DNA of 64,000 nt from Candidatus Marinacidobacterium sp. (GCA_965204755.1 OZ242011.1:2336001-2400000); one strand, 5' to 3'; positions 49,401 to 60,051 are shown, numbered from the stretch's first letter. Program-made: numbers and translations. Notes: generated by a model from the letters alone, not told the origin.

Positions 49401-50979
49401 ACGACAACTGCAGTTTCGTTCAGTGTCGGAGGCACCGCCATCAGTCGCTTCCCCCTCAACGAATCGCGACAGCAGAGTCGGTGTGGGCAAGACTCGTACA
49501 TGGGACGTGCCCCCGCACGCCGCCTTTTTTCGCCCCTTCCTTCATGACGCTCCGACCGAAATTGACTCGATTGGGTACGACACGTACTGTGACGTTCTCC
49601 TTCTTCTGACGGCCCTGGATGGTAGCGAAGGAATTCTGGACGTGATCCAAGAGAGTGGCACCGGAAGTCTTCCTTTCAGGGAACGCTGGGCATGGCGGTC
49701 GCGCATTCATCTGAGTAACTGCGCATGGAACGCGATAGAGAGTGCGATTCGGTGGTCAGAGAAACCGGCAGCGGAACCGGTGGACAAGGAAGGAGGATCA
49801 CTCGATGTCAAGGGCGCCCTGCGGAACTCGATACCCGATGGCGTTGCTACTCTGTCGTCGGATGCCTTCGCCGTGGAACGCGTAGACCTGCATGTTGATT
49901 CGGGCGCGGGAGTTGAGATCTCAAGGGCGATACGGACGGGGTCGTGGCCGGACCAGACGCTACCAGACGAGTTGAGAATCGCCACATCGCCCGACTCTGA
50001 CAAGGTGCGAGTGAGACTCGGGCAAGTCATCGCTAAGGTTGAGAAGCAGGCACGCAACTCGCTTAGCGTAACGACGGCGACCCGGAACGCGACCATGGAG
50101 CAAGTCTTTAGGGCCTTCTTGGCGCCAAGTTACGGAGGAGCATCTTCATCGCCGGACTTGGTTGTATTGCCGGAACTCACGGTACCGAACGAGGAAGTTC
50201 GGTCTCTGCGCAGCTGTGTCATGGAGACCGGGATGGCCGCATTGACCGGGCTCTACTGGCGTACCTTGGCACCGGTGTATCCGGCGAGTGGAAGCGTACG
50301 GAGTCAGAGACACTGGATCGTGAATGAGGCGGAACTTGCCGTGCCGGTCGGCTACCACGATCGCGGGCCGACGAGTATCCGTTGGTACCGCGTACGAAAA
50401 CCCCTCCCCTCACACATGGAAGACGGTCGGGCTCAGGCGTTGCAGGCGGAGTACGGAGGCGCTTGGAAGATGTTGCCCGGTCGACGTTGGTATCGTTTCG
50501 TGCATTCTCAGTGGGGCGATTTCGCCGTCGCCATCTGTTCCGACCTCATCGACGCGTCGCCATGGCGGACGTTGCGAGGTGAGATCCTCCATCTGTTCGT
50601 CGTTGCGTACAATCGGGATGTGAACCTCTACGAAGTACTGACTTGGGCTCGCGCGTACGAGAATTACGCCAATCTGGTGGCTGTCAACAGCGGGGACTAC
50701 GGTGGCTCAGTGGCGTGGACTCCACGGCGTCGGCTCGGTCGCGAGTTGGCGCAACTAAGGGGTCGAAAGATGAGTGTGCTGGCCGATGTGTCGCTTCCGG
50801 TGACGGAGCTCCTGATGGAACAGTTGCGCGGTGTCAGGAAGGCAGTTTGTCGGACCGCAGCGGAGTGGGAGACGGGAGAGACGACCGAGGCGGGAGGATA
50901 CAAATCGCCGCCGCCCGGTTTCAAGCGCCGCGCCGTTCAAACGAGCGACAGTCTGAAAGACGAGTCCCCAGACGAGTGA
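46468..50979 (+). CDS. Reverse transcriptase fused to a C-terminal nitrilase (C-N hydrolase) domain; UG/DRT-like, 1,503 aa
   Basis: RT motifs PYPKK, VRDQ, FGNR, LDIEMAYPSV, GIPTGLAISGVLLN, RFADD and NLEK. Nitrilase triad LVVLPE / RVRK / AICSD. Confidence 0.9.
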   Translation: MASPSASTLAAVALSHPLVLRAAWMRIDRWYRAGNIAPEPELSRWRLHPEAELRSLGEALRNGIWAPSAWQQLPYPKKGKRLRHFVWPTVRDQVAFMAHMVLLGPLIDSRLNPFVFGNRWYRSIIWDRSQSSRSRWTPLGYPLLTSRSYLPYARDHGLYRRVAHWTVSRMTGAPVEENDYGGRVHHPDDYNEDFLPEWTRREWWAGGLEGKHRAYWAALDIEMAYPSVNLDYLRNCLLQALAADPLDENIFRGYPDVTLAALRDEESPRSIARRLIVALQKVRVRHGDILNASWKPSHIRARLPSLDEDIGIPTGLAISGVLLNVALAPTDKSIYRYLKTTTGAYRGAVLRFADDTYVFSRSLDGLLTLMEVVARDTAHPKEASWLPDRPDGRGDSESALLRSRSTLGTNLYLNLEKIRPDAVKRLVERVCRSEGWSKCDDCEALKPDDSMTKTTPVDRWWRTNEDSVDRQLRNALFRASVGPESAGPFVTALVERMSEIGWGGLRERFGEGARERLGRLHELARFDIADEQVRADTRRVFAANRLVAAWLSDEGGTAVAEIRHIRDSLAHVLDRTPWKFALWTAVVRAAARLSYVGAERTENAKEDDRNGGVWLESQLRRIARPPSADDHLSWAKRWPEDLHDSHDRGEGWADLYLSFHRAAFWQGLRTVLIELWEHLRRTGGGEAEAAHESGPSPDSWCFRAIPEGRHRETLDLLGTTDRWARVLYGADAEASDRLAHRWEMDQFVAAVLSTVPRSRAAVAWLRCQPPGEILRVPSAHPGLGTLTERILRRANRLSVRGGQVAGLSAGALAHLGLAGTDRKTGRVLYRKGVPRIHDWSRDRDRIVRMSQVLGCSDAISAAQMELEVDTPSELIQKIGDAPFRLDAYGAVRRTLLGGESKSTQAVESLHRLLWGRPGDSRDLSSWPLCPWDMPAVGLPYQIAVGLFLNAPNPTPEWRPVHGPLSWFFHKGSAILAAGRQLQFRSVSEAPPSVASPSTNRDSRVGVGKTRTWDVPPHAAFFRPFLHDAPTEIDSIGYDTYCDVLLLLTALDGSEGILDVIQESGTGSLPFRERWAWRSRIHLSNCAWNAIESAIRWSEKPAAEPVDKEGGSLDVKGALRNSIPDGVATLSSDAFAVERVDLHVDSGAGVEISRAIRTGSWPDQTLPDELRIATSPDSDKVRVRLGQVIAKVEKQARNSLSVTTATRNATMEQVFRAFLAPSYGGASSSPDLVVLPELTVPNEEVRSLRSCVMETGMAALTGLYWRTLAPVYPASGSVRSQRHWIVNEAELAVPVGYHDRGPTSIRWYRVRKPLPSHMEDGRAQALQAEYGGAWKMLPGRRWYRFVHSQWGDFAVAICSDLIDASPWRTLRGEILHLFVVAYNRDVNLYEVLTWARAYENYANLVAVNSGDYGGSVAWTPRRRLGRELAQLRGRKMSVLADVSLPVTELLMEQLRGVRKAVCRTAAEWETGETTEAGGYKSPPPGFKRRAVQTSDSLKDESPDE

Positions 50980-51036
50980 GGAGAGGTGCCTTCTCGGCCC
51001 AGACTCTGCCGCTGGTGCTTCGCTTTGGCCCGTGGC

Positions 51037-52464
51037 TCAGCCGGCCGAGGCGGCGGGAACGCGCTGAGCCCGGTCCTCCACCAAGTGGCGGATGGTGTTG
51101 GCGTAGTAGTCCACGAAGTCGCGGCGGGGGGCGAGGACGCGGAGGCGGCCGTCTTCGCTGGCGACCATCTTCCGTTGGACGAGTAACGCCAGGCCCTGCT
51201 CCACGGCGGTCTTCCAGTCCGGGCGGGCGATGTCCGGTTCGCCGGGGCGCCGCGCCACGGACTCCAGGATCCGGAAGGCGCGGGCTTCGGCTTCGGGGGG
51301 CGTGATCCCGTCGGGATCGTGTTCGCGGATGACCGCGGCCATGAGCGGCACCGGGAGGATCGGCATGATCGCGGCGATTCGTTCCATGAGCGCGCCCGCC
51401 AACTCTTCGACCGCGGTGAAACGCGCCTCGCGACTCGCCGTCCGCGGATCGAGGGCGGCGGCGGCGAGCCAATCGCGCAGCGAAACCGGGGCGCCCACGC
51501 TGATCGTCGCCCGCCCGAACGGGCGCCAGCGGCGGCGCAGGTAGAGCCACGACTGCTGGAGGAAGAAGCCGAGGCTCGCCCGCCAGGTGCGGATGCGGGT
51601 GGGAGACCGCCCTTTCACTTTCAGCAGGTGGAGGTTCTTGTCCTCCATGACGCGGTCGTAGTTGACGGCCACCGGGACGAGCGCCACATCGCGTTCGGCG
51701 TCGGGATCGAAGGCGCGCACCGTGTAGTCGAGCAAGCCGAGGCGCGGCCGGCGCAGCGCGCCGTCTTCGCTGAACCGGCCTTCGATGAAGAACGCCTGCG
51801 GGACGCCGCCGCGGGCGGCGTGTTTGACATGGGCGGCCAGCACCGCGCGGTAGAGCGGGTTTCCCGAGCCGCGCCGCACGAAGAACCCGCCGAGGCCGCG
51901 CAGCATCGGCTCGAGCGGCCAGTAGCGCGCCCATTCCCCGACCGCGAACGAGAGGACCGCGCGGTCGGCGAGCGAAGTGGCGGCGATCAGGTAATCCAAG
52001 TTGCTCCGGTGGTTGAGCACGAACACCGGGGTCGAGTCCTTCGCCGCCCGGGAGAGCGCCGCTTCGTCGGCGTAACGGACCCGCACCGAGAACACGCGGC
52101 TCAGCGCGCGCCGCACCGGGCCGTGGAGGAAACGGAAGACGAAACCGGAACTCAGCGAGGGGACGATTTCGCGGGCGTAACCGCGGGCTTCGTGGAGCAC
52201 CTCGCACTGCTCGATGCCGGTCTCCTTCGCCCTTCGGACGACCGCCGCCTGCACTTCGGGCTCCACCATGAGCAGGTCCGCCGCGGCGACCGGCGAGATC
52301 AACTGGAACGCCGAGGGTTGGATCGCCGACCGCGCCCGGTGGAACCCGTGGGGGTTCTGCCGTTCCAGCCTCCGCCTCAGCAGCGGCCGGAGGACCAGTC
52401 CGTAGGCGCAGCCCAAGACGAGCAGCGCCAGCACGAAGGCCGGAACCGGAACGGTCTGGAACAT
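51037..52464 (-). CDS. Glycerol-3-phosphate acyltransferase (PlsB/PlsC family)
   Basis: H-X4-D motif NHRSNLDY, FFVRR, FIEG and VPVAVNYD. Confidence 0.9.
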   Translation of the reverse strand: MFQTVPVPAFVLALLVLGCAYGLVLRPLLRRRLERQNPHGFHRARSAIQPSAFQLISPVAAADLLMVEPEVQAAVVRRAKETGIEQCEVLHEARGYAREIVPSLSSGFVFRFLHGPVRRALSRVFSVRVRYADEAALSRAAKDSTPVFVLNHRSNLDYLIAATSLADRAVLSFAVGEWARYWPLEPMLRGLGGFFVRRGSGNPLYRAVLAAHVKHAARGGVPQAFFIEGRFSEDGALRRPRLGLLDYTVRAFDPDAERDVALVPVAVNYDRVMEDKNLHLLKVKGRSPTRIRTWRASLGFFLQQSWLYLRRRWRPFGRATISVGAPVSLRDWLAAAALDPRTASREARFTAVEELAGALMERIAAIMPILPVPLMAAVIREHDPDGITPPEAEARAFRILESVARRPGEPDIARPDWKTAVEQGLALLVQRKMVASEDGRLRVLAPRRDFVDYYANTIRHLVEDRAQRVPAASAG

Positions 52465-52496
52465 CGGGGCGCCGCGCGCTCAGGCCCGGGTCGGGG

Positions 52497-54266
52497 TCAG
52501 CGGAACTCCGGGACCCGCACCTCCGCCTCGATCCCGGCGAGCAGTCGCGAACGGCGCTCCCCGAGCGACTCCGACAAACGCTCTGCGGGAACGATCTCGT
52601 CGGCGTCTTCCCCGCGGATGCGAACTTCCACGCCGCCCCGTTCCAGCGCCCGACGGGACACCACGACCCGCAGCGGAATGCCGATCAGGTCGGCGTCCGA
52701 GAACTTGACGCCGGCGCGGTCGCCGCGGTCGTCGTAGAGCACCTCCAGACCGTCCGCCCGAAGCCGCTCGTAGATCCGGTCCGCTTCGCGCGCGGCGTCG
52801 TCGTCCGCCGCCGACTTCCCGCCCAGCGCGATCAGGTGCACCTCGAAGGGAGCGACGCTCATCGGCCAGACCAGGCCGCGCTCGTCGTGGTGCTCTTCGG
52901 CGACGCAGGCCAGCAGCCGACCGGAGCCGATCCCGTAGGACCCCATCCAGATCGGCCGCTGCTCCCCGTCCTCGGCGATGTAGCGGGCGCCGGCGGCGTC
53001 GCCGTAACGCGTGCCCAACTGGAAGATGTTCCCGACTTCCACGCCGCGCGAAGTCCGGAGCGGCTCGCCGCACCGGGCGCAGGCATCCCCGTCCCCGGCC
53101 GCGGCGATGTCGCCGGTGTGCTGCGGCCGGTAGTCGCGTCCGGCGTTGACCCCGCGGAGGTGGAAGCCGGCTTCGTTCGCGCCGCTGACCAGGTTCGGGG
53201 AGGACACCGCCGACTCGTCGCAGACCACGATCCCGGCGGTCATCCCCACCGGCGAGGCATACCCCGGAACCGCGCCGGCCGCCCGGATCGCTTCGTCTTC
53301 GGCGGGTCGCAGCCAAGCCGCGCCGACCGTGTTCGCCACCTTGGTCTCGTTCACTTCCAGGTCGCCGCGCACGACGGCGACCACCAACTCTTCGCGTTTC
53401 CCGCCGTCGAGTCCGGCGGTGAAGAAGACCGCCTTCGCGGTCCGGCTCTCCGGGACTTCCAGCAACTTCGCGAGCGCCGCGATCGTGGAAGCGCCGGGCG
53501 TTTCGACCCGCTCCATCGGGAGCGGTTCTTCCGACTCCGCCGGCGGCCGGGCGAACTCCGCCACCTGGCGGTTCGCCGCGTAACCGCAGCAGTCGCAGAG
53601 CACCAGGGTGTCTTCGCCCACCGGCGTCAGGTACATGAACTCGTGCGCCCGGCTGCCGCCCATCATTCCCACATCGGAACCGACTGCCACGGTGGGGACG
53701 CCGCAGCGCCCGAAGATGCGGAAGTAGGCCTCGTAGTGCGCCCGGTACTGGCGCTCCAAACCCTCGGCGTCCCGGTCGAGCGTGTACGAGTCCTTCATCG
53801 TGAACTCGCGGACGCGGATCAGCCCGGCGCGCGGGCGGGCGTCGTCCCGGAACTTGGTCTGGATGTGATAGACGAGTTGCGGCAGTTGCCGCCAGGAACG
53901 GATCTCCGTCCGGCAGAGGTCGCCGACGACCTCTTCGTGCGTCATGGCGAGCACCAGGTCGCTCGCCTTCCGATCCCGGAACCGGGCCATCTCCGGGCCG
54001 ACCGCGTCGTACCGGCCGGACCGCTTCCAGATCTCGGCCGGGTGCACCACCGGCATGGTCATCTCCTGACCGCCGATCCGGTTCATCTCCTCGCGCAGGA
54101 TGTTTTCGATCTTGGTGATCGAGCGGTGCGCGAGCGGCAAGTAGGAATAGAGCCCCTGTCCGAGTTGGCGGATGAACCCGGCGCGGGTCAGCAGCGCGTG
54201 ACTGGCCGCCTGGGCACCGGCCGGGGCTTCGCGCAGGGTGCCGCCGAAATGGGTGGAATAGCGCAT
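52497..54266 (-). CDS. proS: Proline--tRNA ligase with editing domain
   Basis: THEE, KFRDDARPRAGLIRVREF.MKD.Y, GNIFQLG, GSYGIG and DADLIGIP. Confidence 0.97.
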   Translation of the reverse strand: MRYSTHFGGTLREAPAGAQAASHALLTRAGFIRQLGQGLYSYLPLAHRSITKIENILREEMNRIGGQEMTMPVVHPAEIWKRSGRYDAVGPEMARFRDRKASDLVLAMTHEEVVGDLCRTEIRSWRQLPQLVYHIQTKFRDDARPRAGLIRVREFTMKDSYTLDRDAEGLERQYRAHYEAYFRIFGRCGVPTVAVGSDVGMMGGSRAHEFMYLTPVGEDTLVLCDCCGYAANRQVAEFARPPAESEEPLPMERVETPGASTIAALAKLLEVPESRTAKAVFFTAGLDGGKREELVVAVVRGDLEVNETKVANTVGAAWLRPAEDEAIRAAGAVPGYASPVGMTAGIVVCDESAVSSPNLVSGANEAGFHLRGVNAGRDYRPQHTGDIAAAGDGDACARCGEPLRTSRGVEVGNIFQLGTRYGDAAGARYIAEDGEQRPIWMGSYGIGSGRLLACVAEEHHDERGLVWPMSVAPFEVHLIALGGKSAADDDAAREADRIYERLRADGLEVLYDDRGDRAGVKFSDADLIGIPLRVVVSRRALERGGVEVRIRGEDADEIVPAERLSESLGERRSRLLAGIEAEVRVPEFR

Positions 54267-54387
54267 GGGTCGGGACTCCGGCGGGCGGCGGGGCGCGGAG
54301 TCTATCCACCGATCCCGGCGATTCCCGCCGGGCCGGAGGCGCCGGTTCTTCGCCGACGCCGGTGGCGGGCCGGCCCCCGGCGGTCGG

Positions 54388-55821
54388 CTACGCGGCGGGG
54401 CTTCGGCGCGCCGGTTCGCGATGTTCGCCGCCGATCCGAGCCGGCTCTCCGTGGACGGGCGCGGTCCGGTCGGCAGGGATCGGCCACTCGGCGTCTGCGC
54501 CGTTCGTGTCCACCGGGGCCAGGCGTTGCCGGCTGCGGAGCACTTCCCCGAGCAGGAAGATGGATCCGGCGACGACGACCTCTCCCCCGGGGCCCGCCCA
54601 CCGCTCCGCCCCTTCGACCGCCGCCTCCGCGCCCGGCGCGGTCTCCACGGCGGCGCCGTCGAGCGCCGGCGCCGCGGCCGCGGCGAGTTCCTCGGCGGAC
54701 AGCGCCCGCCGGCTCTCCGCCGCGGTGAGGACGATGCGGTCGCAATGCGGCCGGAGCGAGGAGAGCATCTCGTCCACGCGCTTGTCGCGCATCGCGCCGA
54801 ACACCAGCGCCCGCCGCCGCGCCGGGCGGAGCGAGTCGAGGAACTCCGCCAGCCGGGCCGCGCCGCTCGGGTTGTGCGCCGCGTCGAGCAGCAGGGGCGG
54901 CCCCCCGTTCCTCGGGGGCAGCCACTCCAGTCGCCCCGGCCAGCGCGCGGCGGCCACGCCCTCCCGAACGCGGGCCGGATCGAGCGCGCCGAGTGCGGAG
55001 AGCGCCAGGAACCGCTCCGCGCCGAGCAGCGCCAGCGCCAGGTTGTCGTGCTGGTGGGGGCCGGGGAGCGGCAGCGTCAGCCCTTCATAGACGCGGGCGC
55101 CGACGGACAGCGAGCCGCGCGACCCGGCGCGGAAGGAGTCGAGCCGAACCTCGGTCTCGTCCTCGGCGCTGCGGAAGACGGCACCGGCCTCGGCGGCGCG
55201 CGCCTCGAGTGATTTCCGCGCCTCCGGCTGCTGGCGGGCGACGATGAGTTCCCGCCGGGAACGGGCGATGGCGCCCTTCTCGGCGGCGATGGCGGAGACG
55301 GTGTCTCCCAGGAACCGTTCGTGGTCGAGCGCGATCCGGCTCACCAGCCCCACCGGCCCCTCCGCGATGGTGGAGGCGTCCCACCGTCCGCCCATCCCCA
55401 CCTCGAACACCGCGGCGTCCACCGGGCGGCTCTCGAAGGCGAGGAAGGCGGCGGCGGTGATCGTCTCGAAGAAGGAGGGCTGGTATTCCCGGGCGAAGCC
55501 GGCCGAAGCGGCGGCCACTTCGCCGACGAACCCCGCGAAGTCGTCCGGCGGCAGGGGCTCACCGTCGAGGACGATCCGCTCCTCCACCGAGACAAGGTGC
55601 GGCGAAGTGAACCGCCCCACCCGCAGGCCGTGCGCCCGGAGCACGGAGTCCAGGATCGCGACCGTGGAGCCCTTGCCGTTCGTCCCCGCGACCACCACCG
55701 CCGGGATCCGCCGCTGGGGATTCCCCAGGCGCTCCGCCAAGTGGCGGATGTTCCGCAGCCCGACCTTGACCCGAAACTGCTCGCGGCCCCTCAGGAAATC
55801 CAGCGCTTCCCGGTAACGCAT
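54388..55821 (-). CDS. folC: Folylpolyglutamate synthase / dihydrofolate synthase
   Basis: AGTNGKGS, TSPHL, EVGMGGRWD, WPGR and DAAHN. Confidence 0.95.
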   Translation of the reverse strand: MRYREALDFLRGREQFRVKVGLRNIRHLAERLGNPQRRIPAVVVAGTNGKGSTVAILDSVLRAHGLRVGRFTSPHLVSVEERIVLDGEPLPPDDFAGFVGEVAAASAGFAREYQPSFFETITAAAFLAFESRPVDAAVFEVGMGGRWDASTIAEGPVGLVSRIALDHERFLGDTVSAIAAEKGAIARSRRELIVARQQPEARKSLEARAAEAGAVFRSAEDETEVRLDSFRAGSRGSLSVGARVYEGLTLPLPGPHQHDNLALALLGAERFLALSALGALDPARVREGVAAARWPGRLEWLPPRNGGPPLLLDAAHNPSGAARLAEFLDSLRPARRRALVFGAMRDKRVDEMLSSLRPHCDRIVLTAAESRRALSAEELAAAAAPALDGAAVETAPGAEAAVEGAERWAGPGGEVVVAGSIFLLGEVLRSRQRLAPVDTNGADAEWPIPADRTAPVHGEPARIGGEHREPARRSPAA

Positions 55822-55911
55822 GGAGCCGGGAGCGCGCTGGCCGGATCGCGTTCGGGTGCTTCCAGCCGAGCGGAACCGACCGGAGCGGGAACCGCGCGGC
55901 GAGCCGGGGCG

Positions 55912-56841
<930 letters not shown>

Positions 56842-57064
56842 GAAGCGCGGGATCGTAACAGAGCCCCGCCGAGGCTCCGGCTCGAATTCGGTAGCGGCGC
56901 CCGCCTTGGTTGGTTAGAATCAGACCCTAGATGTGGGTGTCTGGTGTGCGTCCCGTGGGTGCTTGGTGGTCGTGTTCCGAGCCGGGTTCGCCCCGCTCCG
57001 CGCCGCACCCCTCGGGCACTGCGCACGAGGCCAGCCACGCGCCGATTCAGGTGAGGAAGCCGCG

Positions 57065-58102
57065 ATGATCAAGGCCATCGATTTCTTCTGCGGAGCGGGA
57101 GGCCTGACGCGGGGGCTTCTCGACGCGAAAGTCTCCGTGGTGGCGGGAGTCGACAACGACCCACGCCTCCGCTTGACCTATGAGCGCAATAACCGACCGA
57201 GCCGTTTCGTCTGTGAGGACATCGCAGAGGTCGACATCGCCGCCCTCCGAGCGGACTTGGCCATCGAGCGTGGTGACGCGACACTCTACGCCGCCTGCAC
57301 GCCGTGCCAGCCGTTCTCATCCCTGAACATATCCAAACGCCCCGATGGCAGGAAATCACTCTTGCTGGAGTTCGCCCGGGTCGTAGCGAACAGCCCTCCC
57401 GACTTCGTCATCGTGGAGAATGTCCCGGGGCTTCACAGCGCTGTCGGGCGCGAAATCTACGCTCAATTCATGAGTGTCCTGTCGAAATACGGCTTCCGGG
57501 AGTCCTCCGATCTGCTGGATGCGAAGGACTACCGCGTACCGCAGACCCGCAAGCGTTTCATCTTGGTGGCATCGCGACACGGTCGCCCGGATTTGCCCGC
57601 GCCGACGACAAGAACCTGTCCGGAGACCGTCGCCCGCCATATCGGGCGTTACCCGCGGATCGCTGACGGCGAACGATCTACGGTGGTCCCCAACCACCAC
57701 GCGAGACGATTGCCTCCGCACCACAAGCGGATCGTGGAGGCCGTTCCACTCGATGGGGGAAGCCGTCGCGATGTGACAGACACCTCGATTCTGCTCAAAT
57801 GCCACCGGCGTCGACCAGCCGCCCACAAGGATGTTTTCGGCCGGATGGCGTGGCAGGCGCCGGCCCCGACATTGACCTGTCGATGCACCGATGTCTATTG
57901 TGGCCGCTTCATCCACCCGGAGCAGCACCGGGGAATCTCTCATCGCGAAGCGGCCGCGCTTCAGACTTTCCGTGACGACTACGAGTTCTACGGCGAGTCG
58001 TTTCACGAGAGGTCGCGACAGATCGGAAACGCTGTGCCGGTCAGACTCGCCGCAGCCTTGGGTGCGGTATCTCTACAGTTCTTGGACGGATGTCGCCACT
58101 GA
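57065..58102 (+). CDS. C5-cytosine DNA methyltransferase
   Basis: FFCGAGG (I), PCQPFS (IV), ENV (VI), QTRKR (VIII) and QIGNAVP (X). Confidence 0.95.
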   Translation: MIKAIDFFCGAGGLTRGLLDAKVSVVAGVDNDPRLRLTYERNNRPSRFVCEDIAEVDIAALRADLAIERGDATLYAACTPCQPFSSLNISKRPDGRKSLLLEFARVVANSPPDFVIVENVPGLHSAVGREIYAQFMSVLSKYGFRESSDLLDAKDYRVPQTRKRFILVASRHGRPDLPAPTTRTCPETVARHIGRYPRIADGERSTVVPNHHARRLPPHHKRIVEAVPLDGGSRRDVTDTSILLKCHRRRPAAHKDVFGRMAWQAPAPTLTCRCTDVYCGRFIHPEQHRGISHREAAALQTFRDDYEFYGESFHERSRQIGNAVPVRLAAALGAVSLQFLDGCRH

Positions 58103-60051
58103 CCCGTGACCCGAGCGCCATGAGCAGCAGGAAGCCCTTCGAGATGGAATTCGACATCTCGACGATCAAGCATCTGGGTCTCCAGATGTATTCCACGCTC
58201 CCACCCGTTATCGGCGAACTGATCGCCAACGCTTGGGACGCGAACGCCAAGAGGGTCGAGATCACGATTCCGGAGACCGCCATCGGCGACGACGACACGG
58301 AGATCGTCCTCTCGGACGACGGTTTGGGGATGTCGGACAGTGACATACGCGACAAATACCTCATCGTCGGACGAGATCGACGTGAGGCCGAGAGTTGCGA
58401 AGCATCGCCATCTCCGTTCTGCCGGAAAATCATGGGCAGAAAGGGCATCGGCAAGTTCTCTGCGTTCGGAATAGCGCGCGAAATCGAGATCGAGAGCATC
58501 CGAGACGGCGATCACAGCCGGTTCGTAATGGACTACGACAAGATGCTTGAAGCCGTCAACGACCGGCGGGCCAGTTTCGAGCCTTTGCCCCCGACTGACC
58601 AGGTACGGACCGGCACCCGGATCGCACTCCGGAAACTGACGAAGTTCCGAAAGCGCGGCATCGCAGTGGATGCGTTGCGTCGCGGCATCGCCAGGCGCTT
58701 TTCGGTCGTCGCGGCCAAGAACGACTTCGAAGTCGTAGTAAATGAGCAAGCGATCACTGTGGAGGAACGTGACCTGAAGCGACTCCTGGATGTCGACATG
58801 GCGGGAAAGCAGTTCCTGTGGTCGTATGACAACGAGGAGATCGAACCAGAGACAGGGTGGACGGTATCGGGGTGGATTGGCGCCTTGAAGGGTACGACTC
58901 GTTCTGGCGACAGTGTTGACCGTGGAGTCTCCGTCATGGCGAGGGGTAAACTCGTTCAAGAGCCGTTCTGGTTCAAGGCGGAAGTAGGCCAACAGTTCGC
59001 ACTGTCCTATCTCGTCGGCGAACTTCACGCGGAGTTCGTCGACGGCGACGATGACACGATTGGCACGAGCAGGAACACGCTGGTGTGGGACGCCGAGCCC
59101 AACCAGAGACTGATGGAGTGGGGTCAGAAGGAAATGAAGAAGATCGCCCGCGAGTGGTCCGATCGGCGCAGCCGAGACCAAGAGCAACGGCTTGAAGACA
59201 ACGAGCACTACCGGCAGTTCAAGAATCGCGCCACCGACATGACCAACCGGAGGGGTTTCAAGTTGGCGGATAAACTCGTACGCGAAGCGATCCGAAGGAA
59301 TCCGACAGCGGAAGTCAAGGAGGTGGAACCCGTCATCAAGATGGCGGTGGACTTCGTGGAGTTCGACTCATTCTTGGCGATCGCCCATGACTTGGTTGAT
59401 TCCGACTTGTCGGACATCGGGAGGTTGGTCGAACTGTTTCGGGAGTGGGAAGTTGTGGAGGCACTGGAAATGGCGCGCGTGACGGAAGGTCGAATCAGCA
59501 CGATCGGCCTTCTGGATCGTATGATCGAGGAGAACGCCCTTGAAACGCCGAGACTACACAAGTTCCTGAAGAGGTTCCCTTGGGTCATCGATCCCAAATG
59601 GACCTTGGTGGCCGACGAAGTGTCGTACACGAAACTTCTTCGTGACAAGTTTCCTGACAATGCCGAAATTGACAGGAATAGACGGATTGACTTCCTCTGT
59701 GTTCATGAGGGTACGAACTTGGTCGTCGTTGAAATCAAGCGTCCCGCCTCCAAGGTGTCGAACAAGGAGTTGGAACAGATTGAGGAGTACGTGAACTTCG
59801 CGCGTAGCCGAACGGAAGAGACGACCGACCCGGACAGTCGCTACGAAGATGTCGTTGGCTATCTCCTCTGTGGAGGTGTAGCGGACACGTGGAATGCGCG
59901 GCAGAAGGTGAAGAATCTTCGATCAGCGCGTATCTATGTGCGGAAGTACGGGGAACTTCTGGACATGGTGAAGGAATTGCATTCCGATTTCCTCAAGAAA
60001 TATAAGGACCTGAGGGGCGAACGCGGAGGGGAGCAGAGTGCGAGGAGTTGA
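58090..60051 (+). CDS. GHKL (MORC-like) ATPase with a C-terminal PD-(D/E)XK nuclease (alternative start 58120)
   Basis: ELIANAWDANA, DDGLGM, GRKGIGK, GTRI and C-terminal RIDFL...VEIKRP. Confidence 0.9.
   Translation: MSPLTRDPSAMSSRKPFEMEFDISTIKHLGLQMYSTLPPVIGELIANAWDANAKRVEITIPETAIGDDDTEIVLSDDGLGMSDSDIRDKYLIVGRDRREAESCEASPSPFCRKIMGRKGIGKFSAFGIAREIEIESIRDGDHSRFVMDYDKMLEAVNDRRASFEPLPPTDQVRTGTRIALRKLTKFRKRGIAVDALRRGIARRFSVVAAKNDFEVVVNEQAITVEERDLKRLLDVDMAGKQFLWSYDNEEIEPETGWTVSGWIGALKGTTRSGDSVDRGVSVMARGKLVQEPFWFKAEVGQQFALSYLVGELHAEFVDGDDDTIGTSRNTLVWDAEPNQRLMEWGQKEMKKIAREWSDRRSRDQEQRLEDNEHYRQFKNRATDMTNRRGFKLADKLVREAIRRNPTAEVKEVEPVIKMAVDFVEFDSFLAIAHDLVDSDLSDIGRLVELFREWEVVEALEMARVTEGRISTIGLLDRMIEENALETPRLHKFLKRFPWVIDPKWTLVADEVSYTKLLRDKFPDNAEIDRNRRIDFLCVHEGTNLVVVEIKRPASKVSNKELEQIEEYVNFARSRTEETTDPDSRYEDVVGYLLCGGVADTWNARQKVKNLRSARIYVRKYGELLDMVKELHSDFLKKYKDLRGERGGEQSARS

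Noticed and set aside
46468-50979. Group II intron, retron or DGR interpretation of the RT
   Set aside because: No intergenic space for intron RNA or msr/msd, no TR/VR pair was seen, and the C-terminus is a nitrilase.
56921-56943. NrdR-box-like imperfect palindrome CAGACCCTAGATGTGGGTGTCTG upstream of the C5 MTase
   Set aside because: A single imperfect copy with no ribonucleotide reductase genes nearby, so it cannot be supported.
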